The notes below the pieces were generated by a model. It saw nothing but the letters and a program-made list of their open reading frames with translations. It had not been told where the DNA came from and did not search any database. A stretch of DNA of 64,000 nt, from NCBI GenBank assembly GCA_964467735.1, contig CAYXSR010000001.1, forward strand, positions 108,839 to 172,838, in the 5' to 3' direction. Made by a program: the position numbers and the translations under genes. Shown here piece after piece: positions 20,042-29,671 of the stretch (positions are counted from its first letter, which is position 1; each line of letters opens with the position of its first letter). Source of the DNA: an uncultured Pseudomonadales bacterium. Its GTDB lineage: Bacteria > Patescibacteriota > Microgenomatia > UBA1400 > CAYXSR01.

Positions 20042-20830
20042 ATGTTAGCCGATACGCATTGTCACTTAGATTTTTTTTCCGATTCTACAGAAAAAATCTC
20101 AAGAGCTAAAAAAAATAAGGTAGAAATTATTATTGCTCCAGGAGTTAATGCTGATTCAAATAAAAAATGTTTAAAAATTGCTCAAGAGAATAAGGGGATT
20201 TTTGCCGCTGTTGGTCTTCATCCTACTGATGTTTATTCTAATAAAATATCTCCACAAAAAGAGTTAGAAATAATAAAAAATCTTTTAGAAACAGGAAACA
20301 AAAAAATTGTTGCTATTGGAGAATGCGGTCTTGATTTTGGTCCTATAGTTGAAGGGGAAATCCAACGATCAAAAAAAATTCAAACTGATATTTTTAAAAA
20401 ACAGCTAAATCTTGCCTTAAAATATAATCTGCCAATTATTATTCATAATCGAAAAGCAAATCAGGAATTACTAAATATTCTTAGAGATTATAAGGGAAAA
20501 ATAAGAGGAGTCTTTCATTGTTTCACTGGAAGTAAGAAATTTCTTCAACAAGTTATTGATCTTAATTTTCATATTGGAATTACTGGTTTGATTACTTATG
20601 ACCAAGGATTACAAGAGGTTATTAAACAAGCTCCAGAAAATAAATTACTTACCGAAACCGATGCTCCCTATTTAATGCCAGAACCAATTAGAAAAACCAA
20701 AAAATGGCCAAATGAACCTAAAAATGTTAAAATTATTGCTCAAGAAATTGCTAAGATTAAAAATCTCTCTTTTGAAAAAGTAGCCGAAATTACAACTAAA
20801 AATGCAGTTCGATTATTTAAACTAAAATGA
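20042..20830 (+). CDS. tatD: TatD family deoxyribonuclease
   Basis: DTHCHL, GLHP, IGECGLD, HCF, ETDAPY. Confidence 0.93.
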   Translation: MLADTHCHLDFFSDSTEKISRAKKNKVEIIIAPGVNADSNKKCLKIAQENKGIFAAVGLHPTDVYSNKISPQKELEIIKNLLETGNKKIVAIGECGLDFGPIVEGEIQRSKKIQTDIFKKQLNLALKYNLPIIIHNRKANQELLNILRDYKGKIRGVFHCFTGSKKFLQQVIDLNFHIGITGLITYDQGLQEVIKQAPENKLLTETDAPYLMPEPIRKTKKWPNEPKNVKIIAQEIAKIKNLSFEKVAEITTKNAVRLFKLK

Positions 20831-22314
20831 TCAAAAAAATTATTGATAAACGAGAAAAAAAATTAAATCGGTTTTTGGAAATCCTTCCAGGAATTTTTTC
20901 TTGGTTTCTTATTCTTTTCCCTTTCTGGGGATCATTTCTTGTACCTATTGCTGTCGCTTATTATATTATTGCCTTTGATGTTTATTGGCTCTATCGGTCT
21001 TGTTCAATGGGGATTTTTGCTTTAGCTTCTTACCTTAAGATTAGAGCCTTTCAAAAATACGATTGGATGAGAGATGTTAAAGGTTTTGGAGATTGGCAAA
21101 AAATCCATCATATAATTATTATTCCTACCTATAAAGAACCGTTATACATTTTAAGAAGAACTCTGGAGGCAATTAAAAAACAAACTTTTCCTAAAAAAGC
21201 AATCTCTGTGGTTTTAGCTTTTGAAGAAAGAGAGGAAGAAGCGGGCAGACAGAAGGCTAAAATTTTAAAAAAAGAGTTTGCTAAAGCCTTTAATAATTTG
21301 TTTACCACCTTTCATCCTGATCTTCCTGGTGAAGTAAAAGGAAAATCTTCAAATACTTGTTATGCGGCCAAAATAGCTAAAAAAGAAATTGTTGATAAAC
21401 AAAAAAAAGACATCAATTTTATTTCCATTACTTCTGCTGACGCCGATGCTCGTCTTCATGAAGAATATTTAGCTTGTTTAGCATTTAAATTTTTAGATAA
21501 TCCTTCACGCTATAATCTTATTTTCCAACCAGCGATTATGTATTACAACAATATCTGGAAGGCTCCAGTATTAGTAAGAGTCTTTTCTTCTATTAGTAGT
21601 CTTGTTCAAGTGTCAATGTTAAGTAGAAAGGATCGTTTAATTAATTTTTCTACTTATTCTACTAGTTTAAAAATGGTCGATAAAATTGGTTATTGGGACG
21701 TCGATGTTATTCCTGAAGATTATCGTTTATTCTTTAAAGCATTTTTTAAGCTTAAAGGAAAATTAGAAGTTGAGCCTATTTTTTTACCAGTTTTTGCTGA
21801 CGCTGCCTTATCAACTTCTTTTTGGAAAAGCATGAAAAACCAATATGAACAAGTAAAGCGTTGGGCCTGGGGTGTCTCTGATGATGTTTTTATTATTAAA
21901 AAATGGTTAACAGAACCTGGCTTACCCTTTTGGGATAAAACGGTTAGAGTTCTAAAAGTAGTAGAAGATCATTTCTTATGGCCAGTTAATTGGTTTGCTA
22001 TTACCTTAGGAGCTACTTTGCCTCCATTACTAAATAAAGATTTCTCGCGAACGATTATTGGAAAAAGACTTCCCCAAACTGCCTCATTAATTTTAACTAT
22101 TTCACTTATTAGTCTAGTCTTTGCTATTTATATTGATTTTAGACAAAGACCAAAAATTGAAAATTTACCTGTTTGGAGAAAAATAATTATGCCATTTGAA
22201 TTTCTTTTACTTCCAGTAGTTGGTTTCTTTTTTACTGCTCTTCCTGGTATTGATGCTCATACCAGATTAATGTTGGGAAAATACATAGAATATCGAGTGA
22301 CTGAAAAAGTCTAA
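20827..22314 (+). CDS. membrane GT2 family glycosyltransferase
   Basis: IIPTYKE, GKSSN, DAD, ED, QVKRW (QxxRW) plus TM segments. Confidence 0.85.
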   Translation: MIKKIIDKREKKLNRFLEILPGIFSWFLILFPFWGSFLVPIAVAYYIIAFDVYWLYRSCSMGIFALASYLKIRAFQKYDWMRDVKGFGDWQKIHHIIIIPTYKEPLYILRRTLEAIKKQTFPKKAISVVLAFEEREEEAGRQKAKILKKEFAKAFNNLFTTFHPDLPGEVKGKSSNTCYAAKIAKKEIVDKQKKDINFISITSADADARLHEEYLACLAFKFLDNPSRYNLIFQPAIMYYNNIWKAPVLVRVFSSISSLVQVSMLSRKDRLINFSTYSTSLKMVDKIGYWDVDVIPEDYRLFFKAFFKLKGKLEVEPIFLPVFADAALSTSFWKSMKNQYEQVKRWAWGVSDDVFIIKKWLTEPGLPFWDKTVRVLKVVEDHFLWPVNWFAITLGATLPPLLNKDFSRTIIGKRLPQTASLILTISLISLVFAIYIDFRQRPKIENLPVWRKIIMPFEFLLLPVVGFFFTALPGIDAHTRLMLGKYIEYRVTEKV

Positions 22315-22358
22315 AATTCACTTTTCTCCTTTGTATTTTTCTTGTTATAATGAAATTT

Positions 22359-23660
22359 ATGAATCAACTTAATACTTCTTTATGGGGTGATGAGTCTTTT
22401 ACTGCGGTCGCTGTTAAAGAAAATTTCTCAAGAGTAATGGAAATTGTTTCTAAGGATACTGCTCCTCCTCTCTATTATATTGTCCTTTTTTGTTGGACAA
22501 GAATTTTTGGCCATTCAGAGATTGCTATTAGAAGTCTTTCTCTTCTTTTATATTTAGGAACAATCCTTGTCGTTTTTTTAATTGCTAAAAAAATTTGGGA
22601 TAAAAAAACTGCTTTTATTGCTGGTTTATTGACCCTGGCAAATCCTTTTCTTTTTCCTTTTGCTTTTGAAGGAAGAATGTACATGATCTTGGTATTTACG
22701 GTTACTCTTTCTTTTTATTTCTTTATCACCGAAAATATTGTTGGTTATGTTTTAGCTTCGGCGGCGGCAATTTATTCTCAACATTATGCTATTTTAGTTT
22801 TATTCTTTCAATTTTTAGTTCGTTTAATTCAAATAAAAAATCTTAAAAAAAATTGGTTTAAATTAATAAAACCTTATTTGTTAATTTTTATTCTTTACCT
22901 ACCGTGGTTATATCCCCTTTATAAGCAAGTTACGATGGTTGCTGGTCAAGGTTTCTGGCTAGGTAAACCAAAATTACAAGATATTGCTGGATTAATCATC
23001 AGTTATCTTATTGGTGGAAAGTTTATTTTTATTTGGCAAAAATTCTGGTTTATTCTTGTTTTGCCAATTCTTCTTTTAAAAAAATGGTCAAAAAAACTTA
23101 GCTATAATTTTATTCTGATCGGTTGGGTTCTTTTCCCTATCCTATTAGCATTTCTATTATCCTTAGGAAAGACTTCCATATTTTTTGACCGTTACCTTAT
23201 TTTTATAATTCCTGGTCTTATGCTTTTGTTGGCTGGTGGTTGGCAAAAAATATCTCTTCCTTTAATCATAATTTTTATGGCTCCTTTTTTGTGGATTAAC
23301 TTTTATTATTTTACTCATCCTATAAAAGGACCTTTTCGAGAAATGGCTTCTTATATAAAAAATAGTCAAAAAATATTCTTAATTAACTATAATGGCACTG
23401 CTCATCATTTGTGGGAATCAAAATATTATGGTCTTTATGCTCCATTATATGTTCCTGGAGGAGAACTTCCTTATTATGTTGGCACTGCTCAAATGACAGA
23501 AAAAGATATTATCAAAACCATTCCTCAAGAAGTTTCCAAAGTAGGAGTTATTAGCAGCGAAGAACCAACTAAAATTAATATTAGCGAATATCGTCTTGAA
23601 AGTTTCCAAAAATTTGAGAAGTTTTATTTTTCAATCTTCGCTAAAAATGAAAAGATATAA
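22359..23660 (+). CDS. ArnT/PMT-like GT-C glycosyltransferase
   Basis: LWGDE, D..PPLYY, E.RMY; start moved to 22359 because the track start 22350 lies inside TGtTATAAT. Confidence 0.8.
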   Translation: MNQLNTSLWGDESFTAVAVKENFSRVMEIVSKDTAPPLYYIVLFCWTRIFGHSEIAIRSLSLLLYLGTILVVFLIAKKIWDKKTAFIAGLLTLANPFLFPFAFEGRMYMILVFTVTLSFYFFITENIVGYVLASAAAIYSQHYAILVLFFQFLVRLIQIKNLKKNWFKLIKPYLLIFILYLPWLYPLYKQVTMVAGQGFWLGKPKLQDIAGLIISYLIGGKFIFIWQKFWFILVLPILLLKKWSKKLSYNFILIGWVLFPILLAFLLSLGKTSIFFDRYLIFIIPGLMLLLAGGWQKISLPLIIIFMAPFLWINFYYFTHPIKGPFREMASYIKNSQKIFLINYNGTAHHLWESKYYGLYAPLYVPGGELPYYVGTAQMTEKDIIKTIPQEVSKVGVISSEEPTKINISEYRLESFQKFEKFYFSIFAKNEKI

Positions 23661-25113
23661 GACTTTAGTTATTATTGTCATAATTTTAAATATTTTGTTT
23701 AAAATTCCTTCTTTGATGGAACCTCTTTCTTATGGGGATGAATGTATTTATTTAGCTTTAGGTAGAGCTTTTCAAAAGGGAGCGGTTTTTTATCGAGATA
23801 TTCATGATAATAAACCTCCTCTTTTATACCTTGTTGCTGCTTTGGCTAATGGCAAATTAGCTTACTTTAGATTTATTAATATTATTTGGAACTCTATTAA
23901 TATCGTTTTAGTTGCTGCTTTGGCTAAGAAATTACTCAAGAATAAATGGGCTGCTCCCTTGGCGGCTTTCATATTTTTTATCTTCACTCTCTTACCTGAA
24001 GGAAAAGTTGCTAATGGGGAATTATTTATGATTATGCCTGCTACCTTAGGCGTTTTAATGACTATTAAAAATAAAAAGGCTAATTTTTGGTGGTTTCTTA
24101 TTGGTTTATGTTTTAGTTTCGCTTTTCTTTTTAAAGTCCCCATTATATTTGATTTTACTGGCTTTATCTTAGCAATATTTTTCTTTAGTAAAGCCGATCT
24201 TAATCCTGTTAAAAATATTAAAGAAGTTTTTTCTGCTTTTAAGAATAAGCGATTTTATTTTGTTCTTGGTGGTTTTTTATCTCCAATCTTGTTATCAATT
24301 CTATACTATTCACAGAAAAATGCATTTACTCCTTATGTTCGTTCTGCTCTTTTACAAAATATTGGTTACCTTTCTTCGTGGACTGGGAAAAACACCGGTT
24401 TATATGAAAGAGCTGCCATTCTAGCTTTAATGTCTTTATTCATTTTCGTCTGGAGAAAAAAATTAAGATTTTCTTTTTATCTTCCTGCCCTAATGACTAT
24501 TTTTGGTCTCTATGGAGTTTTTCTTTCCGAAAGACCATATCCTCATTATTTAATCGAAATTGCTCCCTGGGCAACAATATTATTAACCGTCCTTATCTTC
24601 CAACGACAACTAAAACAATTTATAATATCTCTTTTAATAATTTCCTTAACTATTGCTGGTGTGATCAAATTTAAATTTTGGTGGTATGAGTTTTTTCCTT
24701 ACTACCGTAATTTTATTGAATTCTGCTTGGGGAAGAAAAACAAAACAGAATATTTCAGGTATTTTGGAGACAAAGTTTTACAAGATTATCAATTAGCTGG
24801 TTTTATTAAAGAAAAAACAAGTCCTAATGATCGGTTTTTTATTTGGGGAGATGGTGTCTGTACTTATGTTTTATCAGACCGTTTACCTCCGGGAAGATAT
24901 ACGGTAAATTATCATATTTTTGATTTTAATGGTTTTAATGAAACAATAACTGATATTAGAAAACATTCAACTCCAATGATTATTATCCTAAATGAAGAAA
25001 CTAGAAGCTTTCCTCAATTAGAAAATCTCTTAAAAGAAAATTATGTTCTTGCACAAACTTTTAAATTTGCTAAAATTTATAAACTTATTAATCAAAATCA
25101 ATGGCTAAAATAG
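23647..25113 (+). CDS. ArnT-like GT-C glycosyltransferase
   Basis: GDE.IY, YRDIHDNKPP, ANGELF, PHY; ATG at 23647 overlaps the upstream gene. Confidence 0.78.
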   Translation: MKRYKTLVIIVIILNILFKIPSLMEPLSYGDECIYLALGRAFQKGAVFYRDIHDNKPPLLYLVAALANGKLAYFRFINIIWNSINIVLVAALAKKLLKNKWAAPLAAFIFFIFTLLPEGKVANGELFMIMPATLGVLMTIKNKKANFWWFLIGLCFSFAFLFKVPIIFDFTGFILAIFFFSKADLNPVKNIKEVFSAFKNKRFYFVLGGFLSPILLSILYYSQKNAFTPYVRSALLQNIGYLSSWTGKNTGLYERAAILALMSLFIFVWRKKLRFSFYLPALMTIFGLYGVFLSERPYPHYLIEIAPWATILLTVLIFQRQLKQFIISLLIISLTIAGVIKFKFWWYEFFPYYRNFIEFCLGKKNKTEYFRYFGDKVLQDYQLAGFIKEKTSPNDRFFIWGDGVCTYVLSDRLPPGRYTVNYHIFDFNGFNETITDIRKHSTPMIIILNEETRSFPQLENLLKENYVLAQTFKFAKIYKLINQNQWLK

Positions 25114-25508
25114 AACAATTAAGGTTTTTTAAAAATTCTTCCTTTAAAAAAGTTCAGGAGGAATTTAATAATTTAATTTTTGATCTTTCTTCTAAAAAAT
25201 CTATTCGTTTAAGTCTTTTTCTTACTGCTCTAAACTTAATTTTAGTAGCGATTTTTTTTAGAAAATTACCTCCTGAAATTCCTTTATTTTATAGTCGCCC
25301 TTGGGGTGAGAGTCAACTAGTAACTAAAAATCAATTTCTCATTCTACCATTAGGAGGGCTGTTAATTTTAATAATAAATTTACGATTAGCTAGTTTTCTT
25401 TTTAGCAGGGAATTAATTTTGGCTAAAATTATTACTTGGACAACCACGGTAATTTCTCTATTAATATCAATAAGTTTAATTAAAACCTTTTTAATTATTT
25501 TCTTTTAA
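25101..25508 (+). CDS. hypothetical three-TM membrane protein
   Basis: LPPEIPLFYSRPWG loop between TM helices. Confidence 0.7.
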   Translation: MAKIEQLRFFKNSSFKKVQEEFNNLIFDLSSKKSIRLSLFLTALNLILVAIFFRKLPPEIPLFYSRPWGESQLVTKNQFLILPLGGLLILIINLRLASFLFSRELILAKIITWTTTVISLLISISLIKTFLIIFF

Positions 25509-25512
25509 AAAA

Positions 25513-26598
25513 ATGTTTTGGAATATATTAAAAATTTTTCTTACTACCTCAATTATTTCTTTTATCATTACACCCTTGACAATTTTTGTCTATAGAAAAT
25601 TTGGCTGGCTTGATGATCCAAAGAAACATAAACATCCAAAAGTTGTCCATAAATATCCTGTCCCAAGGGGAGGAGGAATACCAATTTTTATTTCTTTTTT
25701 GATTAGTGCTTCTCTTTTCATCACTTGGGATAAACATCTTGTTGGTATTATTTTGGGAGCTTTTATAATCCTTATTATTGGCATTTTAGATGATATTTAT
25801 GATTTGAATCCCTATCTTAGACTAATTTTTGGCTTCATTGCGGCTGCTTGTGTTGTTGGTAGTGGTATTGGTATTTCTTTTATAACTAACCCTTTTGGGG
25901 GAATTATTCGATTAGATCAACCTCAAATTCCATTTTACCTTTTTGGTAAACTCCATACTATTTGGGTAATTTCCGATCTTTTTGCTCTTTTCTGGATTGT
26001 CTGGTGTATGAATTTTGTAAATTGGTCAAAAGGACTAGATGGGCAACTTCCAGGAATTGTGGTTGTCGCTGCTTGTACTATTGCTGCTTTGAGTTTAAAA
26101 TTCAGTGCCGATATTACTCAGTGGCCAGTTATTTTTTTAGCTATTATTACGGCTGCTGCTTATTTTGGTTTTCTACCTTGGAATTTCTATCCTCAAAAGA
26201 TAATGCCCGGTTATGGTGGAGGAGCTCTAGCTGGTTTTTTCCTAGCTGTCCTATCTATTCTATCAACAAGTAAAATAAATACCCTAATTATTGTCTTAGG
26301 TGTTCCTTTAATAGACGCTGTTTATTCAATTATTCGTCGAATTATAAGCGGCCGTTCCCCTGTTTGGGGTGATAAAGGCCACCTTCATCATAAATTAATG
26401 GAAATTGGCTGGGGGAAAAGAAAAATCGCTATTTTCTATTGGCTTATTACTGCTGCTTTAGGTATCTTAGCTTTAAAATTGAATAGTCAGGCGAAATTTT
26501 ATACAATAATATTGTTAACAATTATTATTGGTGCAGTTTTACTGTGGCTAAACTTATTAATCTCATCCTTAAATCAGCCAGACCGGTCCAATGGATAA
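25513..26598 (+). CDS. WecA/TagO/MraY-family (PNPT) polyprenyl-phosphate sugar-1-phosphate transferase, atypical motifs
   Basis: P.PRGGG, GILDD.YDL, N...GLDG, WNF.P.KI, HLHH. Confidence 0.85.
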   Translation: MFWNILKIFLTTSIISFIITPLTIFVYRKFGWLDDPKKHKHPKVVHKYPVPRGGGIPIFISFLISASLFITWDKHLVGIILGAFIILIIGILDDIYDLNPYLRLIFGFIAAACVVGSGIGISFITNPFGGIIRLDQPQIPFYLFGKLHTIWVISDLFALFWIVWCMNFVNWSKGLDGQLPGIVVVAACTIAALSLKFSADITQWPVIFLAIITAAAYFGFLPWNFYPQKIMPGYGGGALAGFFLAVLSILSTSKINTLIIVLGVPLIDAVYSIIRRIISGRSPVWGDKGHLHHKLMEIGWGKRKIAIFYWLITAALGILALKLNSQAKFYTIILLTIIIGAVLLWLNLLISSLNQPDRSNG

Positions 26599-27476
26599 AG
26601 AATCTGGCTATTTTTACTGGTCTTGTGTTTACTGGATGGTTTTTTATTCCTGAAAAGTTTTTTCGTGCTTTGGCGGGATTTTTTGTTTTCTCAATTCTCA
26701 CTTCTTCTATTTATATTTTCAATGATATTTTAGATGCTTCTTCTGACCGGCTTCATCCATTAAAGAAAAATCGCCCAATTGCTTCTGGTAAAATTCCTAT
26801 CCCCACTGCTTTGTTTATCTCCATCGCTGGGTTCTTTATTAGTATTTTTTTAGCCACTAATCTTTCTTTCTTCTTTTTTCTTATTTGTTTTATTTATCTC
26901 CTTTTACAAATTCTTTATACCTTGTTTCTTAAAAAGGTCTCTATTATTGATGTTTTAGCAATTGCTTCTGGATTTATTCTTCGCGTCTATGCTGGAGCAG
27001 TAGTAATTAATACCCATATAAATATTTGGCTTCTTTTATGTGTTGTTTCTTTTTCTTTATTTTTAGCTGTAGGTAAAAGGCGTTCTGAATTAACACTTTT
27101 AGAAGCACAATTAGCTGTTAAACATCGTCGAGCTCTTTTTTCTTATCCAGAAAAATTATTAGATCTTTATATCTCCATGTTTGCTAATACTACTTGGTTA
27201 ACTTATGCTCTTTTTGCCTTTTTACAACCACCGATAAGACCAACAGAAAGGATTGTCCTTTTTTGGGCTGATCTACCTTTAGCTTTCAGAAGTCAAAAAT
27301 GGCTTATGGCTACTATCCCAGTAGTTATTTATGGAGTAATGCGATATTTGCAGCTCATTTATGAAAAAAATGAGGGAGAATCGCCGGCTAAAATTTTAGT
27401 TTCTGACAAACCATTGCTAGGAGCAGTAACTTTATGGGGAATAATGGTAATGATCGTAATTTATGGCTTTGGTTAA
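26544..27476 (+). CDS. UbiA-family decaprenyl-phosphate phosphoribosyltransferase-like protein
   Basis: RPVQWIKN, YIFNDILD..SDRLHP.KK.RPIASG, YT..LK, GFILRV.AG, GKRRSEL; GTG start. Confidence 0.85.
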   Translation: MAKLINLILKSARPVQWIKNLAIFTGLVFTGWFFIPEKFFRALAGFFVFSILTSSIYIFNDILDASSDRLHPLKKNRPIASGKIPIPTALFISIAGFFISIFLATNLSFFFFLICFIYLLLQILYTLFLKKVSIIDVLAIASGFILRVYAGAVVINTHINIWLLLCVVSFSLFLAVGKRRSELTLLEAQLAVKHRRALFSYPEKLLDLYISMFANTTWLTYALFAFLQPPIRPTERIVLFWADLPLAFRSQKWLMATIPVVIYGVMRYLQLIYEKNEGESPAKILVSDKPLLGAVTLWGIMVMIVIYGFG

Positions 27477-28402
27477 TCAAAAAGTTCGGCGTATTTCCCT
27501 GAAATCCAACCTTCCTTATCTTTTTCATATTCAATTTTATACCAACCTGTTTCATTCGACTCAATAAACTTATAAGTCTCTCCGGGATGAACTTTTGTCA
27601 AAATAGTTTCCTCCTTACCAAAAGTAGAGGCTTCACTTCTAACATTTAACCAACCAGTCGGCGTATCTTTAATTTTAACATAAGGTTTTTCCAGTAACTC
27701 AGCACTACTGGTAGATTCTTTGATTTTAGGACTAGGGCTGGGTGTAGCTGATTCGCTGGCAGATTCATCTTCATCTTCTAGTTGAGCAGATGGAGAGGCC
27801 TCTTCATTTTCAGTGTCTTTTTCTTCTTCTAAAATACGAGCCAGCTGAACATTAATTACTAATTTATATCCCTTAACTGTTTTCGCCTTAAGTTCCATTT
27901 CTTCAAAACCAGGAGTAGCAATATTCAAAAGATGTTCGTTCTCACTAATATCTTCTAAAGATAGTGGAGTGAAGCCCTTTGGTTCTCCATCAACGGTAAC
28001 TACTGCACTATCTGGATTACTAATAATTGATACTTTAGCATTGTTTTTTTGACTTATTGGTTCTAGATTTAAAATATAGCCGCTTGATTCATCTTCTAAT
28101 TCTCCAAAATTTTGATTAACAACACTTAAAACACCGGCTGTCAATTTAATTGTCTTCTGCCAACTTAAGCTTTCTTTTCCTTCAGGAATTAATTTTAAAG
28201 TATATTCTCCTGGTTTTAACTTCTCGTCAAAAAAAGGTGTTTGTCCTAAATGTTGACCATCAAGAAAAACAGTTGCTCGAGGATCAGCAGTAACTTGAAG
28301 AGCGGCTTTTTTTTTATTATTTAAGAACGGCAGACTACATCCAGTAAGGAAGACAGAAATCAAAATGATTAATAAAAAAGAAGTAATCCTTCTAACATTC
28401 AT
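27473..28402 (-). CDS. PEGA-domain surface protein with acidic linker and C-terminal SH3b-like domain
   Basis: Two PEGA repeats (V..DG...G.TP), LTGC lipobox-like signal, WLNVR...GWYKI...GWIS; start 28402 follows TTGTCA-17-TATTAT. Confidence 0.82.
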   Translation of the reverse strand: MNVRRITSFLLIILISVFLTGCSLPFLNNKKKAALQVTADPRATVFLDGQHLGQTPFFDEKLKPGEYTLKLIPEGKESLSWQKTIKLTAGVLSVVNQNFGELEDESSGYILNLEPISQKNNAKVSIISNPDSAVVTVDGEPKGFTPLSLEDISENEHLLNIATPGFEEMELKAKTVKGYKLVINVQLARILEEEKDTENEEASPSAQLEDEDESASESATPSPSPKIKESTSSAELLEKPYVKIKDTPTGWLNVRSEASTFGKEETILTKVHPGETYKFIESNETGWYKIEYEKDKEGWISGKYAELFD

Positions 28403-28503
28403 TGGCCTTATAATATCATGATGGTTCAGGCTTGACAAGATAAGAGTTAATTTCTATTTTTGTTTTTTTTAATGATAAAATTTGCTAAAATAACAGGTAA
28501 ATT

Positions 28504-28574
28504 GGCCTCGTGACAGAGAAGTTATGTGCTGGTCTGCAAAACCAGTTACGCCGGTGCGATTCCGGCCGAGGCCT
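28504..28574 (+). tRNA. tRNA-Cys (GCA)
   Basis: Acceptor stem GGCCTCG/CGAGGCC, anticodon arm CTGGT-CTGCAAA-ACCAG, T arm GCCGG-TGCGATT-CCGGC, U73 discriminator; CCA not encoded. Confidence 0.93.
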
Positions 28575-28580
28575 CAAATT

Positions 28581-28790
28581 ATGTGTTTAGCAATACCTGT
28601 TAAAGTCAAAAATATTAAAAAAAACTTAGCCGAGCTTGAAGGAGGTAAAAAAGTAAAACTTTCTTTAGTTCCTGATGTTCAAATCGGTGATTACCTCTTG
28701 GTACATGGTAATTTAGTAATTAATAAACTCTCCCCCGTCGAAGCTAAAAAAATTCTTGATCTAATAAAAAGTTGTCCCCATCATCATTAA
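28581..28790 (+). CDS. hypC: hydrogenase assembly chaperone HypC/HupF
   Basis: MCLAIP N-terminus, GDYLLVHG; the track start 28524 lies inside the tRNA. Confidence 0.92.
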   Translation: MCLAIPVKVKNIKKNLAELEGGKKVKLSLVPDVQIGDYLLVHGNLVINKLSPVEAKKILDLIKSCPHHH

Positions 28791-28795
28791 AAAAT

Positions 28796-29671
28796 ATGAA
28801 AAAAGGTGTTTTTTTCTGTTTATTAACTGCCCTCATTTCTGGAATTTCAATTTTTATTAATAAGTTTGGGGTTACAGGAATTAATCCTTTTGTTTTTGCT
28901 TTTTTAAAAAATTTTTTAGTCGCTTTCTTTATCTTTTCTCTAAATTCAAAAAAGCAACTTAATAACTTTAAAAAATTAAATTCTAGAGACTGGCTTCATT
29001 TAATTTTAATTGGCTTAATTGGCGGCTCTCTCCCTTTTCTTTTATTTTTCAAAGGCCTCTCTTTAACAAATCCAGCTGATGCTAATTTTATCCATAAAAC
29101 TATGTTTATTTGGGTAGGAATTCTAGGAGTATTAGTTCTAAAAGAAAAAATTAACTATAACTTTTTAAAAATTGGTTTTTTGCTCTTTATAGCTAATTTT
29201 CTTTTAATTAAAAACCTAGCGTTTAATTCCTTAAAGGGAAACCTATTAATATTTTTAGCAACCTTACTCTGGTCTACAGAAACAGTTATTAGTAAAAAAG
29301 TTCTTAAAACTATACCATCAATTACTGTCGCCTGGGGAAGGATGTTTTTTGGGACAATTATCTTAGCTGGATTATTAGCTTTTAATAATCAATTAATACT
29401 TTTAAAGCAGATAAATTGGTTACAATTTTCTTGGATAATAATTACAGCTGCTTTACTCTTAGGATATGTAACAACTTGGTACAAAGGGTTAAAAGAAATT
29501 CCTGCCTCTTTAGCTTCTGGCATATTGCTTTTTGGTTCACCAATCACTACAATCTTGGATTTTATATTACTGAAGAATTTAGAGTTAAAACAGCTTAGTG
29601 GTTTACTAGTTATTTTTTTCACAACCTCCTTAATTCTTAAAAAAGCAAATTATGTCTATCGTCGGAATTAA
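28796..29671 (+). CDS. EamA/DMT family transporter
   Basis: About 10 TM with two-repeat organisation; LFFKGL, LKEK motifs. Confidence 0.85.
   Translation: MKKGVFFCLLTALISGISIFINKFGVTGINPFVFAFLKNFLVAFFIFSLNSKKQLNNFKKLNSRDWLHLILIGLIGGSLPFLLFFKGLSLTNPADANFIHKTMFIWVGILGVLVLKEKINYNFLKIGFLLFIANFLLIKNLAFNSLKGNLLIFLATLLWSTETVISKKVLKTIPSITVAWGRMFFGTIILAGLLAFNNQLILLKQINWLQFSWIIITAALLLGYVTTWYKGLKEIPASLASGILLFGSPITTILDFILLKNLELKQLSGLLVIFFTTSLILKKANYVYRRN

Noticed and set aside
28524-28580. N-terminal extension of HypC in the ORF track
   Set aside because: It overlaps tRNA-Cys; HypC needs Cys at position 2, so the start is 28581
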